From: Camelus dromedarius
Taxonomy: Eukaryota
DNA: 64,000 bases
NCBI RefSeq assembly: GCF_036321535.1
Contig: NC_087436.1
Location: 3,658,001 to 3,722,000, forward strand
Reading direction: 5' to 3'
The position numbers and the translations under genes were made by a program. The notes below the pieces were generated by a model. That model worked only from the letters and a program-made list of their open reading frames with translations. It did no database searches and had not been told where the DNA came from. The number at the start of each line of letters is the position of its first letter. Within the stretch, counting starts at the first letter, position 1. This document shows positions 13,271 through 26,050 of this stretch, one piece after another.

Positions 13271-16200
13271 TTTAAATCCGAGTTGGAGCTAGTACCTCCC
13301 CATATATATGTATGGAGTGGAGTTTGAAATTGAAAAGAAACTTTGTGTTCCCATCAAGAAAGGTGAAGTACGGCTTTCACACACACTTATCTTTAAGAAC
13401 TGAGCATGTGGAGAGACGTTCGTTCATTTAGCACAAAGGGAACGGGTTGCAGTGGAAACTTTTCCTCTGGTTTCTCAGACTTTTTCCTAGTGCCTGTTTG
13501 AAGTTCCTGCAGTTTTCACTTTAAATCCGAGTTGGAGCTAGTACCTCCCCATATATATGTATGGAGTGGAGTTTGAAATTGAAAAGAAACTTTGTGTTCC
13601 CATCAAGCAAGGTGAAGGACGGCTTTCACACACACTTATCTTTCAGAACTGAGCATGTGGAGAGACGTTCGTTCATTTAGCACAAAGTGAACGGGTTGCA
13701 GTGGAAAGTTTTACTCTGGTTTCTCAGACTGTTTCCTAGTGCCGGTTTGAAGTTCCTGCAGTTTTCACTTTAAATCAGAGTTGGAGCTAGTACTTCCCCA
13801 TATATATGTATGGAGTGGAGTTTGCAACTGAAAAGAAAATTTGTGTTCCCAACAAGCTATGTGAAGTGCGGCTTTCACACACACTTATCTCTCAGTACTG
13901 AGCATGTGGAGAGACGTTCGTTCATTTAGCACAAAGGGAACGGGTTGCAGGAGAAACTTTTACTATGGTATCTCAGTGTGGTTCCTAGTGCCGGTTTGAA
14001 GTTCCTGCCGTTTTCACTGTAAAACCGAGTTGGATCTAGTTCCTCCCCATATATATTTATGGAGTGAAGTTTGCAAGTGAAAAGAAACTTTGTGTTCCCA
14101 ACAAGCTATTTGAAGGACGGCTTTCACACACACTTATCTCTCAGAACTGAGCATGTGGAGAGACGTTCGTTCATCTATCACAAAGGGAACGGGTTGCAGG
14201 AGAAACTTTTTCTCTGGATTCTCAGTCTGCTTCCTAGTGCCGGTTTGAAGTTCCTGCCGTTTTCCCTTTAAAACCGAGTTGGAGCTAGTACCTCCCCATA
14301 TATATGTATGGAGTGGAGTTTGCAACTGAAAAGAAACTTTGTGTTCCCATCAAGCAAGGTGAAGGACGGCTTTCAAACACACTTATGTCTCAGAACTGAG
14401 CATGTGGAGAGACGTTCGTTCATCTAGCACAAAGGGAACGGGTTGCAGGGGAAACTTTTACTCTGGGTTCTCAGTCTGTTTCCTAGTGCCGGTTTGAAGT
14501 TCCTGCAGTTTTCACTGTAAAACCGAGTTGGAGCTAGTACCTCCCCATATATATGTATGGAGTGGAGTTTGCAAGTGAAAAGAATCTTTGTGTTCCCAAA
14601 AAGCTAGGTGAAGGATGGCTTTCACACACACTTAACTCTCAGGAATGAGCATGTGGAGAGACCTTCGTTCATCTAGCACAAAGGGAACGTGTTGCAGGAG
14701 AATCTTTTACTCTGCTTTCTCACTCTTTTTCCTACTGCCTGTTTGAAGTTCCTGCAGTTTTAACTGTAAAACCGAGTTGGAGCTAGTACCTCCCCATATA
14801 TATGTATGGAGTGGAGTTTGCAACTGAAAAGAAACTTTGTGTTCCCAACAAGCTAGTTGAAGGACGGCTTTCACACACAATTATCTCTCAGAACTGAGCA
14901 TGTGGAGAGACGTTTGTTCATCTAGCACAAAGGGAACGGGTTGCAGGTGAAACTTTTACTCTGGTTTCTCAGTCTCTTTCCTAGTGCCGGGTTGAAGTTC
15001 CTGCAGATTTCACTTTAAAACCGAGTTTGTGTTAGTACCTTCCCATATATATGTATGGAGTGGAGTTAGCAACTGAAAAGAAACTCTGTGTTCCCAACAA
15101 GCTAGTTGAAGGACGGCTTTCACACACACTTATCTCACATAACTGAGCATGTGGAGAGACGTTCGTTCATCTAGCACAAAGTGAACGGTTTGCAGGAGAA
15201 ACTTTTACTCTGATTTCTCAGTCTATTTCCTAGTGCCGGTTTGAAGTTCCTGCAGTTTTCAGTGTAAAAACGTGTTGGCGCTTGTACCTCCCCATATATA
15301 TGTATGGAGTGGAGTTTGCAACTGAAAAGAAAATTTGTGTTCCCAACAATCTAGGTGAAGGACGGCTTTCACACACACTTATCTCTCAGAACTGAGCATG
15401 TGGAGAGACGTTCGTTCATCTAGCACAAAGGGAACGGGTTGCAGGAGAAACTTTTACTCTGGTTTCTCAGTCTGTTTCCTACGGCCGGTTTGTATTTCCT
15501 GCAGTTTTCACTTAAAAACCCAGTTGGAGCTAGTACCTCCTCATATATATATATGGAGTGGAGTTTGCAAATGAAATGAAACTTTGTGTTCCCATCAAGA
15601 AAGGTGAAGGACGGCTTCCACACACACTTATTTCTCAGAACTGAGCATGTGGAGAGACGTTCGTTCATCTAGCACAAAGGGAACGGGTTGCAGGAGAAAC
15701 TTTTACTCTGGTTTCTCAGTCTGTTTCCTAATGCCGGTTTGAATTTCCTGCAGTTTTCACTGTAAAACCGAGTTGGAGCTAGTACCTCCCCATATAAATT
15801 TATGGAGTGGATTTTGCAAGTGAAAAGAAACTTTGGGTTCCCAACAAGCTATTTGAAGGACGGCTTTCACACACACTTATCTCTCAGAACTGAGCATGTG
15901 GTTAGACGTTCGTTCATCTAGCACAAAGTGAACGGGTTGCAGGAGAAACTTTTCCTCTGGTTTCTCAGACTTTTTCCTAGTGCCTGTTTGAAGTTCCTGC
16001 AGTTTTCACTTTAAATCCGAGTTGGAGCTAGTACCTCCCCATATATATGTATGGAGTGGAGTTTGAAATTGGAAAGAAACTTTGTGTTCCCATCAAGCAA
16101 GTTGAAGGACGGCTTTCACACACACTTATCTTTCAGAACTGAGCATGTGGAGAGACGTTCGTTCATCTAGCACAAAGGGAACGGGTTGCAGTGGAAAGTT

Positions 16201-19200
16201 TTACTCTGGTTTCTCAGACTGTTTCCTAGTGCCAGTTTGAAGTTCCTGCAGTTTTCACTTTAAATCCGAGTTGGAGCTAGTACCTCCCCATATATATGTA
16301 TGGAGTGGAGTTTGCAACTGAAAAGAAAATTTGTGTTCCCAACAAGTTATGTGAAGTGCGGCTTTCACACACACTTATCTCTCAGTACTGAGCATGTGGA
16401 GAGACGTTCGTTCATCTAGCACAAAGGGAACGGGTTGCAGGAGAAACTTTTACTATGGTATCTCAGTCTGTTTCCTAGTGCCGGTTTGAAGTTCCTGCCG
16501 TTTTCACTGTAAAACCGAGTTGGATCTAGTTCCTCCCCATATATATTTATGGAGTGGAGTTTGCAACTGAAAAGAAACTTTGTGTTCCCATCAAGCAAGG
16601 TGAAGGACGGCTTTCAAACACACTTATGTCTCAGAACTGAGCATATGGAGAGACGTTCGTTCATCTAGCACAAAGGGAACGGGTTGCAGGGGAAACTTTT
16701 ACTCTGGGTTCTCAGTCTGTTTCCTAGTGCCGGGTTAAAGTTCCTGCAGTTTTCACTGTAAAACCGAGTTGGAGCTTGTACCTCCCCATATATATGTATG
16801 CAGTGGAGTTTGCAAGTGAAAAGAAACTTTGTGTTCCTAACAAGCTAGGTGAAGGACGGCTTTCACACACACCTATCTCTCACAACTGAGCATGTGGAGA
16901 GGCGTTCGTTCATCTATCACAAAGGGAACGGTTTCCAGGAGAAACTTTTACTCTGGATTCTCAATCTGTTTCCTACTGCCGGTTTGAAGTTCCTGCCGTT
17001 TTCACTTTAAAACCCTGTAGGAGCCAGTAACTCCCCATATATATGTATGGAGTGGAGTTTGCAACTGAAAAGAAACTTTGTGTTCCCATCAAGCAAGGTG
17101 AAGAACGGCTTTCACACACACTTATCTCTCAGAACTGAGCATGTGGAGAGACGTTCGTTCATCTAGCACAAAGGAACGGGTTGCAGGAGAAACTTTTACT
17201 CTGGTTTCTCAGTCTGTTTCCTAGTGCCGGTTTGAAGTTCCTGCATTTTTCACTGTAAAACCGAGTTGGAGCTAGTACATCCCCATATATATCTATGGAG
17301 TGGAGTTTGCAAATGAAAAGAAACTTTGTGTTCCCTAAAAGCTAGGTGAAGGACGGCTTTCACGCACACTTAACTCTCAGGAATGAGCATGTGGAGAGAC
17401 GTTCGTTCATCTAGCACAAAGGGAACGGTTTGCAGGAGAAACTTTTACTCTGATTTCTCAGTCTATTTCCTAGTGCCAGTTTGAAGTTCCTGCAGTTTTC
17501 ACTGTAAAAACGTGTTGGTGCTTGTAACTCCCCATATATATGTATGGATTGGAGTTTGCAACTGAAAAGAAAATTTGTGTTCCCAACAATCTAGGTGAAG
17601 GACGGCTTTCACACACACTTATCTCTCAGAACTGAGCATGTGGAGAGACGTTCGTTCATCTAGCACAAAGGGAACGGGTTGCAGGAGAAACTTTTACTCT
17701 GGTTTCTCAGTCTGTTTCCTAAGGCCGGTTTGTATTTCCTGCAGTTTTCACTTAAAAACCCAGTTGGAGCTAGTACCTCCCCATATATATGTATGGAGTG
17801 GAGTTTGCAAATGAAAAGAAACTTTGTGTTCCCATCAAGAAAGGTGAAGGACGGCTTCCACACACACTTATTTCTCAGAACTGAGCATGTGGACAGACGT
17901 TCGTTCATCTAGCACAAAGGGAACGGGTTGCAGGAGAAACTTTTACTCTGGTTTCTCAGTCTGTTTCCTAATGCCGGTTTGAAGTTCCTGCAGTTTTCAC
18001 TGTAAAACCGAGTTGGAGCTAGTACCTCCCCATATAAATTTATGGAGTGGATTTTGCAAGTGAAAAGAAACTTTGGGTTCCCAACAAGCTATTTGAAGGA
18101 CGGCTTTCACACACACTTATCTCTCAGAACTGAGCATGTGGAGAGACGTTCGTTCATCTATCACAAAGGGAACGGGTTGCAGGAGAAACTTTTACTCTGG
18201 ATTCTCAGTCTGTTTCCTAGTGCCGGTTTGAAGTTCCTGCCGTTTTCACTTTAAAACCGAGTTGGAGATAGTACCTCCCCATATATATGTATGGAGTGGA
18301 GTTTGCAAATGAAAAGAAACTTTGTGTTCCCATCAAGCAAGGTGAAGAACGGCTTTCACACACACTTATCTCTCAGAACTGAGCATGTGGAGAGACGTTC
18401 GTTCATCTAGCACAATGGGAACGGGTTGCAGGAGAAACTTTTACTCTGGTTTGTCAGTCTGTTTCCTAGTGCCGGTTTGAAGTTCCTGCCGTTTTCACTG
18501 TAAATCCGAGTTGGAGCTAGTACATCCCCATATATATCTATGGAGTGGAGTTTGCAACTGAAAAGAAACTTTGTGTTCCCAACAACTAAGTGAAGGACGG
18601 CTTTCACACACACTTATCTCTCAGAACTGAGCATGTGGTTAGACGTTCGTTCATCTAGCACAAAGGGAACGGGTTGCAGGAGAAACTTTTCCTCTGGTTT
18701 CTCAAACTTTTTCCTAGTGCCTGTTTGAAGTTCCTGCAGTTTTCACTTTAAATCCGAGTTGGAGCTAGTACCTCCCCATATATATTTATGGAGTGGAGTT
18801 TGCAAATGAAAAGAAACTTTGTGTTCCCAAAAAGCTAGGTGAAGGACGGCTTTCACACACACTTAACTCACAGGAATGAGCATGTGGAGAGACGTTCGTT
18901 CATCTAGCACAAAGGGAACGTGTTGCAGGAGAATCTTTTACTCTGGTTTCTCACTCTTTTTCCTACTGCCTGTTTGAAGTTCCTGCAGTTTTCACTGTAA
19001 AACCGAGTTGGAGCTAGTACCTCCCCATATATATGAATGGAGTGGAGTTTGCAACTGAAAAGAAACTTTGTGTTCCCAACAAGCTAGTTGAAGGACGGCT
19101 TTCACACACAATTATCTCTCAGAACTGAGCATGTGGAGAGACGTTTGTTCATCTAGCACAAATGGAACGGGTTGCAGGTGAAACTTTTACTCTGGTTTCT

Positions 19201-22200
19201 CAGTCTGTTTCCTAGTGCCTGTTTGAAGTTCCTGCAGATTTCACTTTAAAACCGAGATGGAGCTAGTACCTCCAAATATATAAGTATGGAGTGCAGTTTG
19301 CAACTGAAAAGAAACTTTGTTTTCCCATCAAGCAAGGTGAAGGGCGGCTTTCACACACACTTATCTCTCAGAACTGAGCATGTGGTTAGACGTTCGTTCA
19401 TCTAGCACAAAGGGAACGGGTTGCAGGAGAAACTTTTCCTCTGGTTTCTCAGACTTTTTCCTAGTGCCTGTTTGAAGTTCCTGCAGTTTTCACTTTAAAT
19501 CCGAGTTGGAGCTAGTACCTCCCCATATATATGTATGGAGTGGAGTTTGAAATTGAAAAGAAACTTTGTGTTCCCATCAAGCAAGGTGAAGGACGGCTTT
19601 CACACACACTTATCTCTCAGAACTGAGCATGTGGAGTGACGTTCGTTCATCTAGCACAAAGGGACCGGGTTACAGGAGAAACTTTTACTCTGGATTCTCA
19701 GTCTGTTTCCTAGTGCCGGTTTGAAGTTCCTGCCGTTTTCACTGTAAAACCGAGTTGGAGCTAGTTCCTCCCCATATATATTTATGGAGTGGAGATTGCA
19801 AGTGAAAAGAAACTTCGTGTTCCCTACAAGCTATTTGAAGGACGGCTTTCACACACACTTATCTCTCAGAACTGAGCATGTGGAGAGACGTTCGTTCATC
19901 TATCACAAAGGGAACGGGTTGCAGTAGAAACTTTTACTCTGGATTCTCAGTCTGTTTCCTAGTGCTGGTTTGAATTTCCTGCCGTTTTCACTTTAAAACC
20001 GAGTTGGACCTAGTACCTCCCCATATATATGTACGGAGTGGAGTTTGCAACTGAAAAGGAACTTTGTGTTCCCATCAAGCAAGGTGAAGGATGGCTTTAA
20101 AACACACTTATCTCTCAGAACTGAGCATGTGGAGAGACGTTCGTTCATCTAGCACAAATTGAACGGGATGCAGGGGAAACTTTTACTCTGGGTTCTCAGT
20201 CTGTTTCCTAGTGCCGGTTTGAAGTTCCTGCAGTTTTCACTGTAAAACCGAGTTGGAGCTTTTACCTCCCCATATATATGTATGGAGTGGAGTTTGCAAG
20301 TGAAAAGAAACTTTGTGTTCCCAACAAGCTAGGTGAAAGACGGCTTTCACACACACTTATCTCTCACAACTGAGCATGTGGAGAGGCGTTCGTTCATCTA
20401 TCACAAAGGGAACGGTTTGCAGGAGAAACTTTTACTCTGGATTCTCAGTCTGTTTCCTACTGCCGGTTTGAAGTTCCTGCAGTTTTCACTTTAAAACCGA
20501 GTTGGAGCTAGTACCTCCCCATATATATGTATGGAGTGGAGTTTGCAAATGAAAAGAAACTTTGTGTTCCCATCAAGCAAGGAGAAGGACGGCTTTCACA
20601 CACAATTTACTCTCAGAACTGAGCATGTGGAGAGACGTTCGTTCATCTAGCACAATGGGAACGGGTTGCAGGAGAAACTTTTACTCTGGTTTCTCAGTCT
20701 GTTTCCTAGTGCCGGTTTGAAGTTCCTGCCGTTTTCACTGTAAATCCGAGTTGGAGCTAGTACATCCCCATATATATCTATGGAGTGGAGTTTGCAACTG
20801 AAAAGAAACTTTGTGTTCCCAACAACTAAGTGAAGGACGGCTTTCACACACACTTATCTCTCAGAACTGAGCATGTGGTTAGACGATCGTTCATCTAGCA
20901 CAAAGGGAACGGGTTGCAGGAGAAACTTTTCCTCTGGTTTCTCAGACTTTTTCCTAGTTCCTGTTTGAAGTTCCTGCAGATTTCACTTTAAAACCGAGTT
21001 GGAGCTAGTACCTCCCCATATATAAGTATGGAGTGCAGTTTGCAACTGAAAAGAAACTTTGTGTTCCCATCAAGCAAGGTGAAGGACGGCTTTCACACAC
21101 ACTTATCTCTCAGAACTGAGCATGTGGTTAGACGTTCGTTCATCTAGACAAAGGGAACGGGTTGCAGGAGAAACTTTTCCTCTGGTTTCTCAGACTTTTT
21201 CCTAGTGCCTGTTTGAAGTTCCTGCAGTTTTCACTTTAAATCCGACCTGGAGCTAGTACCTCCCCATATATATGTATGGAGTGGAGTTTGAAATTGAAAA
21301 GAAACTTTGTGTTCCCATCAAGCAAGGTGAAGGACGGCTTTCACACACACTTATATCTCAGAACTGAGCATGTGGAGAGACGTTCGTTCATCTAGCACAA
21401 AGGGAACGGGTTGCAGGAGAAACTTTTACTATGGTATCTCAGTCTGTTTCCTAGTGATGCTTTGAAGTTCCTGCAGTTTTCACTGTAAAACCGAGTTGGA
21501 GCTAGTATCTCTCCATATATATGTATGGATTGGTGTTTGCAAGTGAAAAGAAACTTTGTGTTCCCAACAAGCTATGTGAAGGACGGCTTTCACACACACT
21601 TATCTCTCAGAACTGAGCATGTGGAGAGACGTTCGTTCATCTAGCACAAAGGGAACGGGTTGCAGTAGAAACTTTTACTCTGGATTCTCAGTCTGTTTCC
21701 TAGTGCCGGTTTGAAGTTCCTGCAGTTTTCACTGTAAAACCGAGTTGGAGCTAGTTCCTCCCCATATATATTTATGGAGTGGAGTTTGCAAGTGAAAAGA
21801 AACTTTGTGTTCCCAACAAGCTATTTGAAGTACGGCTTTCACACACACTTATCTCTCAGAACTGAGCATGTGGAGAGACGTTCGTTCATCTATCACAAAG
21901 GGAACGGGTTGCAGTAGAAACTTTTACTCTGGATTCTCAGTCTGTTTCCTAGTGCTGGTTTGAAGTTCCTGCCGTTTTCACTTTAAAACCGAGTTGGAGC
22001 TAGTACCTCCCCATATATATGTATGGAGTGGAGTTTGCAACTGAAAAGAAACTTTGTGTTCCCATCAAGCAAGGTGAAGGACGGCTTTCAAACACACTTA
22101 TTTCTCAGAACTGAGCATGTGGAGAGACGTTCGTTCATCAAGCACAAAGGGAACGGGATGCAGGGGAAACTTTTACTCTGGGTTCTCAGTCTGTTTCCAA

Positions 22201-25200
22201 ATGCCGGTTTGAAGTTCCTGCAGTTTTCACTGTAAAACCGAGTTGGAGCTTTTACCTCCCCATATATATGTATGGAGTGGAGTTTGCAAGTGAAAAGAAA
22301 CTTTGTGTTCCCAACAAGCTAGGTGAAGGACGGCTTTCACACACACTTATCTCTCACAACTGAGCATGTGGAGAGGCGTTCGTTCATCTATCACAAAGGG
22401 AACGGTTTGCAGGAGAAACTTTTACTCTGGATTCTCAGTCTGTTTCCTAGTGCCGGTTTGAAGTTCCTGCCGTTTTCACTTTAAAACCGAGTAGTAGCCA
22501 GTAACTCCCCATATATATGTATGGAGTGGAGTTTGCAACTGAAAAGAAACTTTGTGTTCCCATCAAGCAAGTTGAAGGGCGGCACTCACACAAACTTATC
22601 TCTCAGAACTAAGCATGTTGAGAGACGTTCGTTCATCTACCACAAAGGGAACGGGTTGCAGGAGAAACTTTTACTCTGGTTTCTCAGTCTGTTTCCTAGT
22701 GCCGGTTTGAAGTTCCTGCAGTTTTTACTGTAAAACCGAGTTGGAGCTAGTACCTCCCCATATATATGTATGGAGTGGAGTTTGCTAATGAAAAGAAACT
22801 ATGTGTTCCCAAAAAGCTAGGTAAAGGACGGCTTTCACACACACTTATCTCTCAGAACTGAGCATGTGGAGAGACGTTCGTTCATCTAGCACAAAGGGAA
22901 CGGGTTGCAGGAGAAACTTTTCCTCTGGTTTCTCAGACTTTTTCCTAGTGCCTGTTTGAAGTTCCTGCAGTTTTCACTTTAAATCCGAGTTGGAGCTAGT
23001 ACCTCCCCATATATATGTATGGAGTGGAGTTTGAAATTGAAAAGAAACTTTGTGTTCCCATCAAGCAAGTTGAAGGACGGCTTTCACACACACTTATATC
23101 TCAGAACTGAGCATGAGGAGAGACGTTCGTTCATCTAGCACAAAGGGAACGGGTTGCAGGTGAAACTTTTACTATGGTATCTCAGTCTGTTTCCTAGTGA
23201 CGGTTTGAAGTTCCTGCAATTTTCACTGTAAATCCGAGTTGGAGCTAGTACCTCTCCATATATATGTATGGATTGGTGTTTGCAAGTGAAAAGAAACTTT
23301 GTGTTCCCAACAAGCTATGTGAAGGACGCCTTTCACACACACTTATCTCTCAGAACTGAGCATGTGGAGTGACGTTCGTTCATCTAGCACAAAGGGACCG
23401 GGTTGCAGGAGAAACTTTTACTCTGGATTCTCAGTCTTTTTCCTAGTGCCGGTTTGAAGTTCCTGCCGTTTTCACTGTAAAACCGAGTTGGAGCTAGTTC
23501 CTCCCCATATATATATATGGAGTGGAGTTTGCAAGTGAAAAGAAACTTTGTGTTCCCAACAAGCTATTTGAAGGACGGCTTTCACACACACTTATCTCTC
23601 AGAACTGAGCATGTGGAGAGACGTTCGTTCATCTATCACAAAGGGAACGGGTTGCAGTAGAAACTTTTACTCTGGATTCTCAGTCTGTTTCTTAGTGCTG
23701 GTTTGAAGTTCCTGCCGTTTTCACTTTAAAACCGAGTTGGAGCTAGTACCTCCCCATATATATGTACGGAGTGGAGTTTGCAACTGAAAAGAAACTTTGT
23801 GTTCCCATCAAGCAAGGTGAAGGACGGCTTTCAAACACACTTATCTCTCAGAACTGAGCATGTGGAGAGACGTTCGTTCATCTAGCACAAAGGGAACGGC
23901 ATGCAGGGGAAACTTTTACTCTGGGTTCTCAGTCTGTTTCCTAGTGCCGGTTTGAAGTTCCTGCAGTTTACACTGTAAAACCGAGTTGGAGCTTTTACCT
24001 CCCCATATATATGTATGGAGTGGAGTTTGCAAGTGAAAAGAAACTTTGTGTTCCCAACAAGCTATGTGAAGGACGGCTTTCACACACACTTATCTCTCAC
24101 AACTGAGCATGTGGAGAGGCGTTCGTTCATCTATCACAAAGGGAACAGTTTGCGGGAGAAACTTTTACTCTGGATTCTCAGTCTGTTTCCTACTGCCGGT
24201 TTGAAGTTCCTGCCGTTTTCACTTTAAAACCGAGTTGGAGCTAGTACCTCCCCATATATATGTATGGAGTGGAGTTTGCAAATGAAAAGAAACTTTGTGT
24301 TCCCATCAAGCAAGGTGAAGGACGGCTTTCACACACACTTATCTCTCAGAACTGAGCATGTGGCGAGACGTTCGTTCATCTAGCACAATGGGTACGGGTT
24401 GCAGGAGAAACTTTTACTCTGGTTTCTCAGTCTGTTTCTTAGTGCCGGTTTGAAGTTCCTGCCGTTTTCACTGTAAATCCGAGTTGGAGCTAGTACATCC
24501 CCATATATATCTATGGAGTGGAGTTTGCAACTGAAAAGAAACTTTGTGTTCCCAACAACTAAGTGAAGGACGGCTTTCACACACACTTATCTCTCAGAAC
24601 TGAGCATGTGGTTAGACGTTCGTTCATCTAGCACAAAGGGAATGGGTTGCAGGTGAAACTTTTCCTCTGGTTTCTCAGACTTTTTCCTAGTGCCTGTTTG
24701 AAGTTCCTTCAGATTTCACTTTAAAACCGAGTTGGAGCTAGTACCTCCCCTTATATAAGTATGGAGTGCAGTTTGCAACTGAAAAGAAACTTTGTGTTCC
24801 CATCAACAAGGTGAAGGACGGCTTTCACACACACTTATATCTCAGAACTGAGCATGTGGAGAGACGTTCGTTCATCTAGCACAAAGGGAACGTGTTGCAG
24901 GAGAAACTTTCACTATGGTATCTCAGTCTGTTTCCTAGTGACGGTTTTAAGTTCCTGCAGTTTTCACTGTAAAACCGAGTTGGAGCTAGTACCTCTCCAT
25001 ATATATGTATGGATTGGTGTTTGCAAGTGAAAAGAAACTTTGTGTTCCCAACAAGCTATGTGAAGGACGGCTTTCACACACACATATCTCTCAGAACTGA
25101 GCATGTGGAGTGACGTTCGTTCATCTAGCACAAAGGGACCGGGTTGCAGGAGAAACTTTTACTCTGGATTCTCAGTCTGTTTCCTAGTGCCGGTTTGAAG

Positions 25201-26050
25201 TTCCTGCCGTTTTCACTGTAAAACCGAGTTGGAGCTAGTTCCTCCCCATATATATTTATGGAGTGGAGTTTGCAAGTGAAAAGAAACTTTGTGTTCCCAT
25301 CAAGCAAGATGAAGGACGGCTTTCAAACACACTTATCTCTCAGAACTGAGCATGTGGAGAGATGTTCGGTCATCTAGCACAAAGGGAACGGGATGCAGGG
25401 GAAACTTTTACTCTGGGTTCTCAGTCTGTTTCCTAGTGCCGGTTTGAAGTTCCTGCAGTTTACACTGTAAAACCGAGTTGGAGCTTTTACCTCCCCATAT
25501 ATATGTATGGAGTGGAGTTTGCAAGTGAAAAGAAACTTTGTGTTCCCAACAAGCTAGGTGAAGGACGGCTTTCACACACACTTATCTCTCACAACTGAGC
25601 ATGTGGAGAGGCGTTCGTTCATCTATCACAAAGGGAACGGTTTGCAGGAGAAACTTTTACTCTGGATTCTCAGTCTGTTTCCTAGTGCTGCTTTGAAGTT
25701 CCTGCCGTTTTCACTTTAAAACCGAGTTGGAGCTAGTACTTCCCCATATATATGTATGGAGTGGAGTTTGCAAATGAAAAGAAACTTTGTGTTCCCAACA
25801 ACTAAGTGAAGGACGGCTTTCACACACACTTATCTTTCAGAACTGAGCATGTGGTTAGACGTTCGTTCATCTAGCACAAAGGGAACGGTTTGCAGGTGAA
25901 AATTTTACTCTGGTTTCTCAGTCTGTTTCCTAGTGCCGGGTTGAAGTTCCTGCAGTTTTCACTTTAAAACCGAGTTTGTGCTAGTACCTCCCCATATATA
26001 TGTATGGAGTGGAGTTAGCAACTGAAAAGAAACTTTGTGTTCCCAACAAG
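13270..26050. repeat. Mosaic domain B: same monomer subfamily as A, partial block duplications, no stable HOR
   Basis: Shares variants with A (tggttagacg, cccatcaag, cctgccgtt). Blocks recur at different integer-monomer offsets: 15420/17660 and 18407/20647 (2240, 9-mer), 20647/24380 (3733, 15-mer), gcagtggaaagtt at ~13698/~16188 (2490, 10-mer). Confidence 0.8.
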
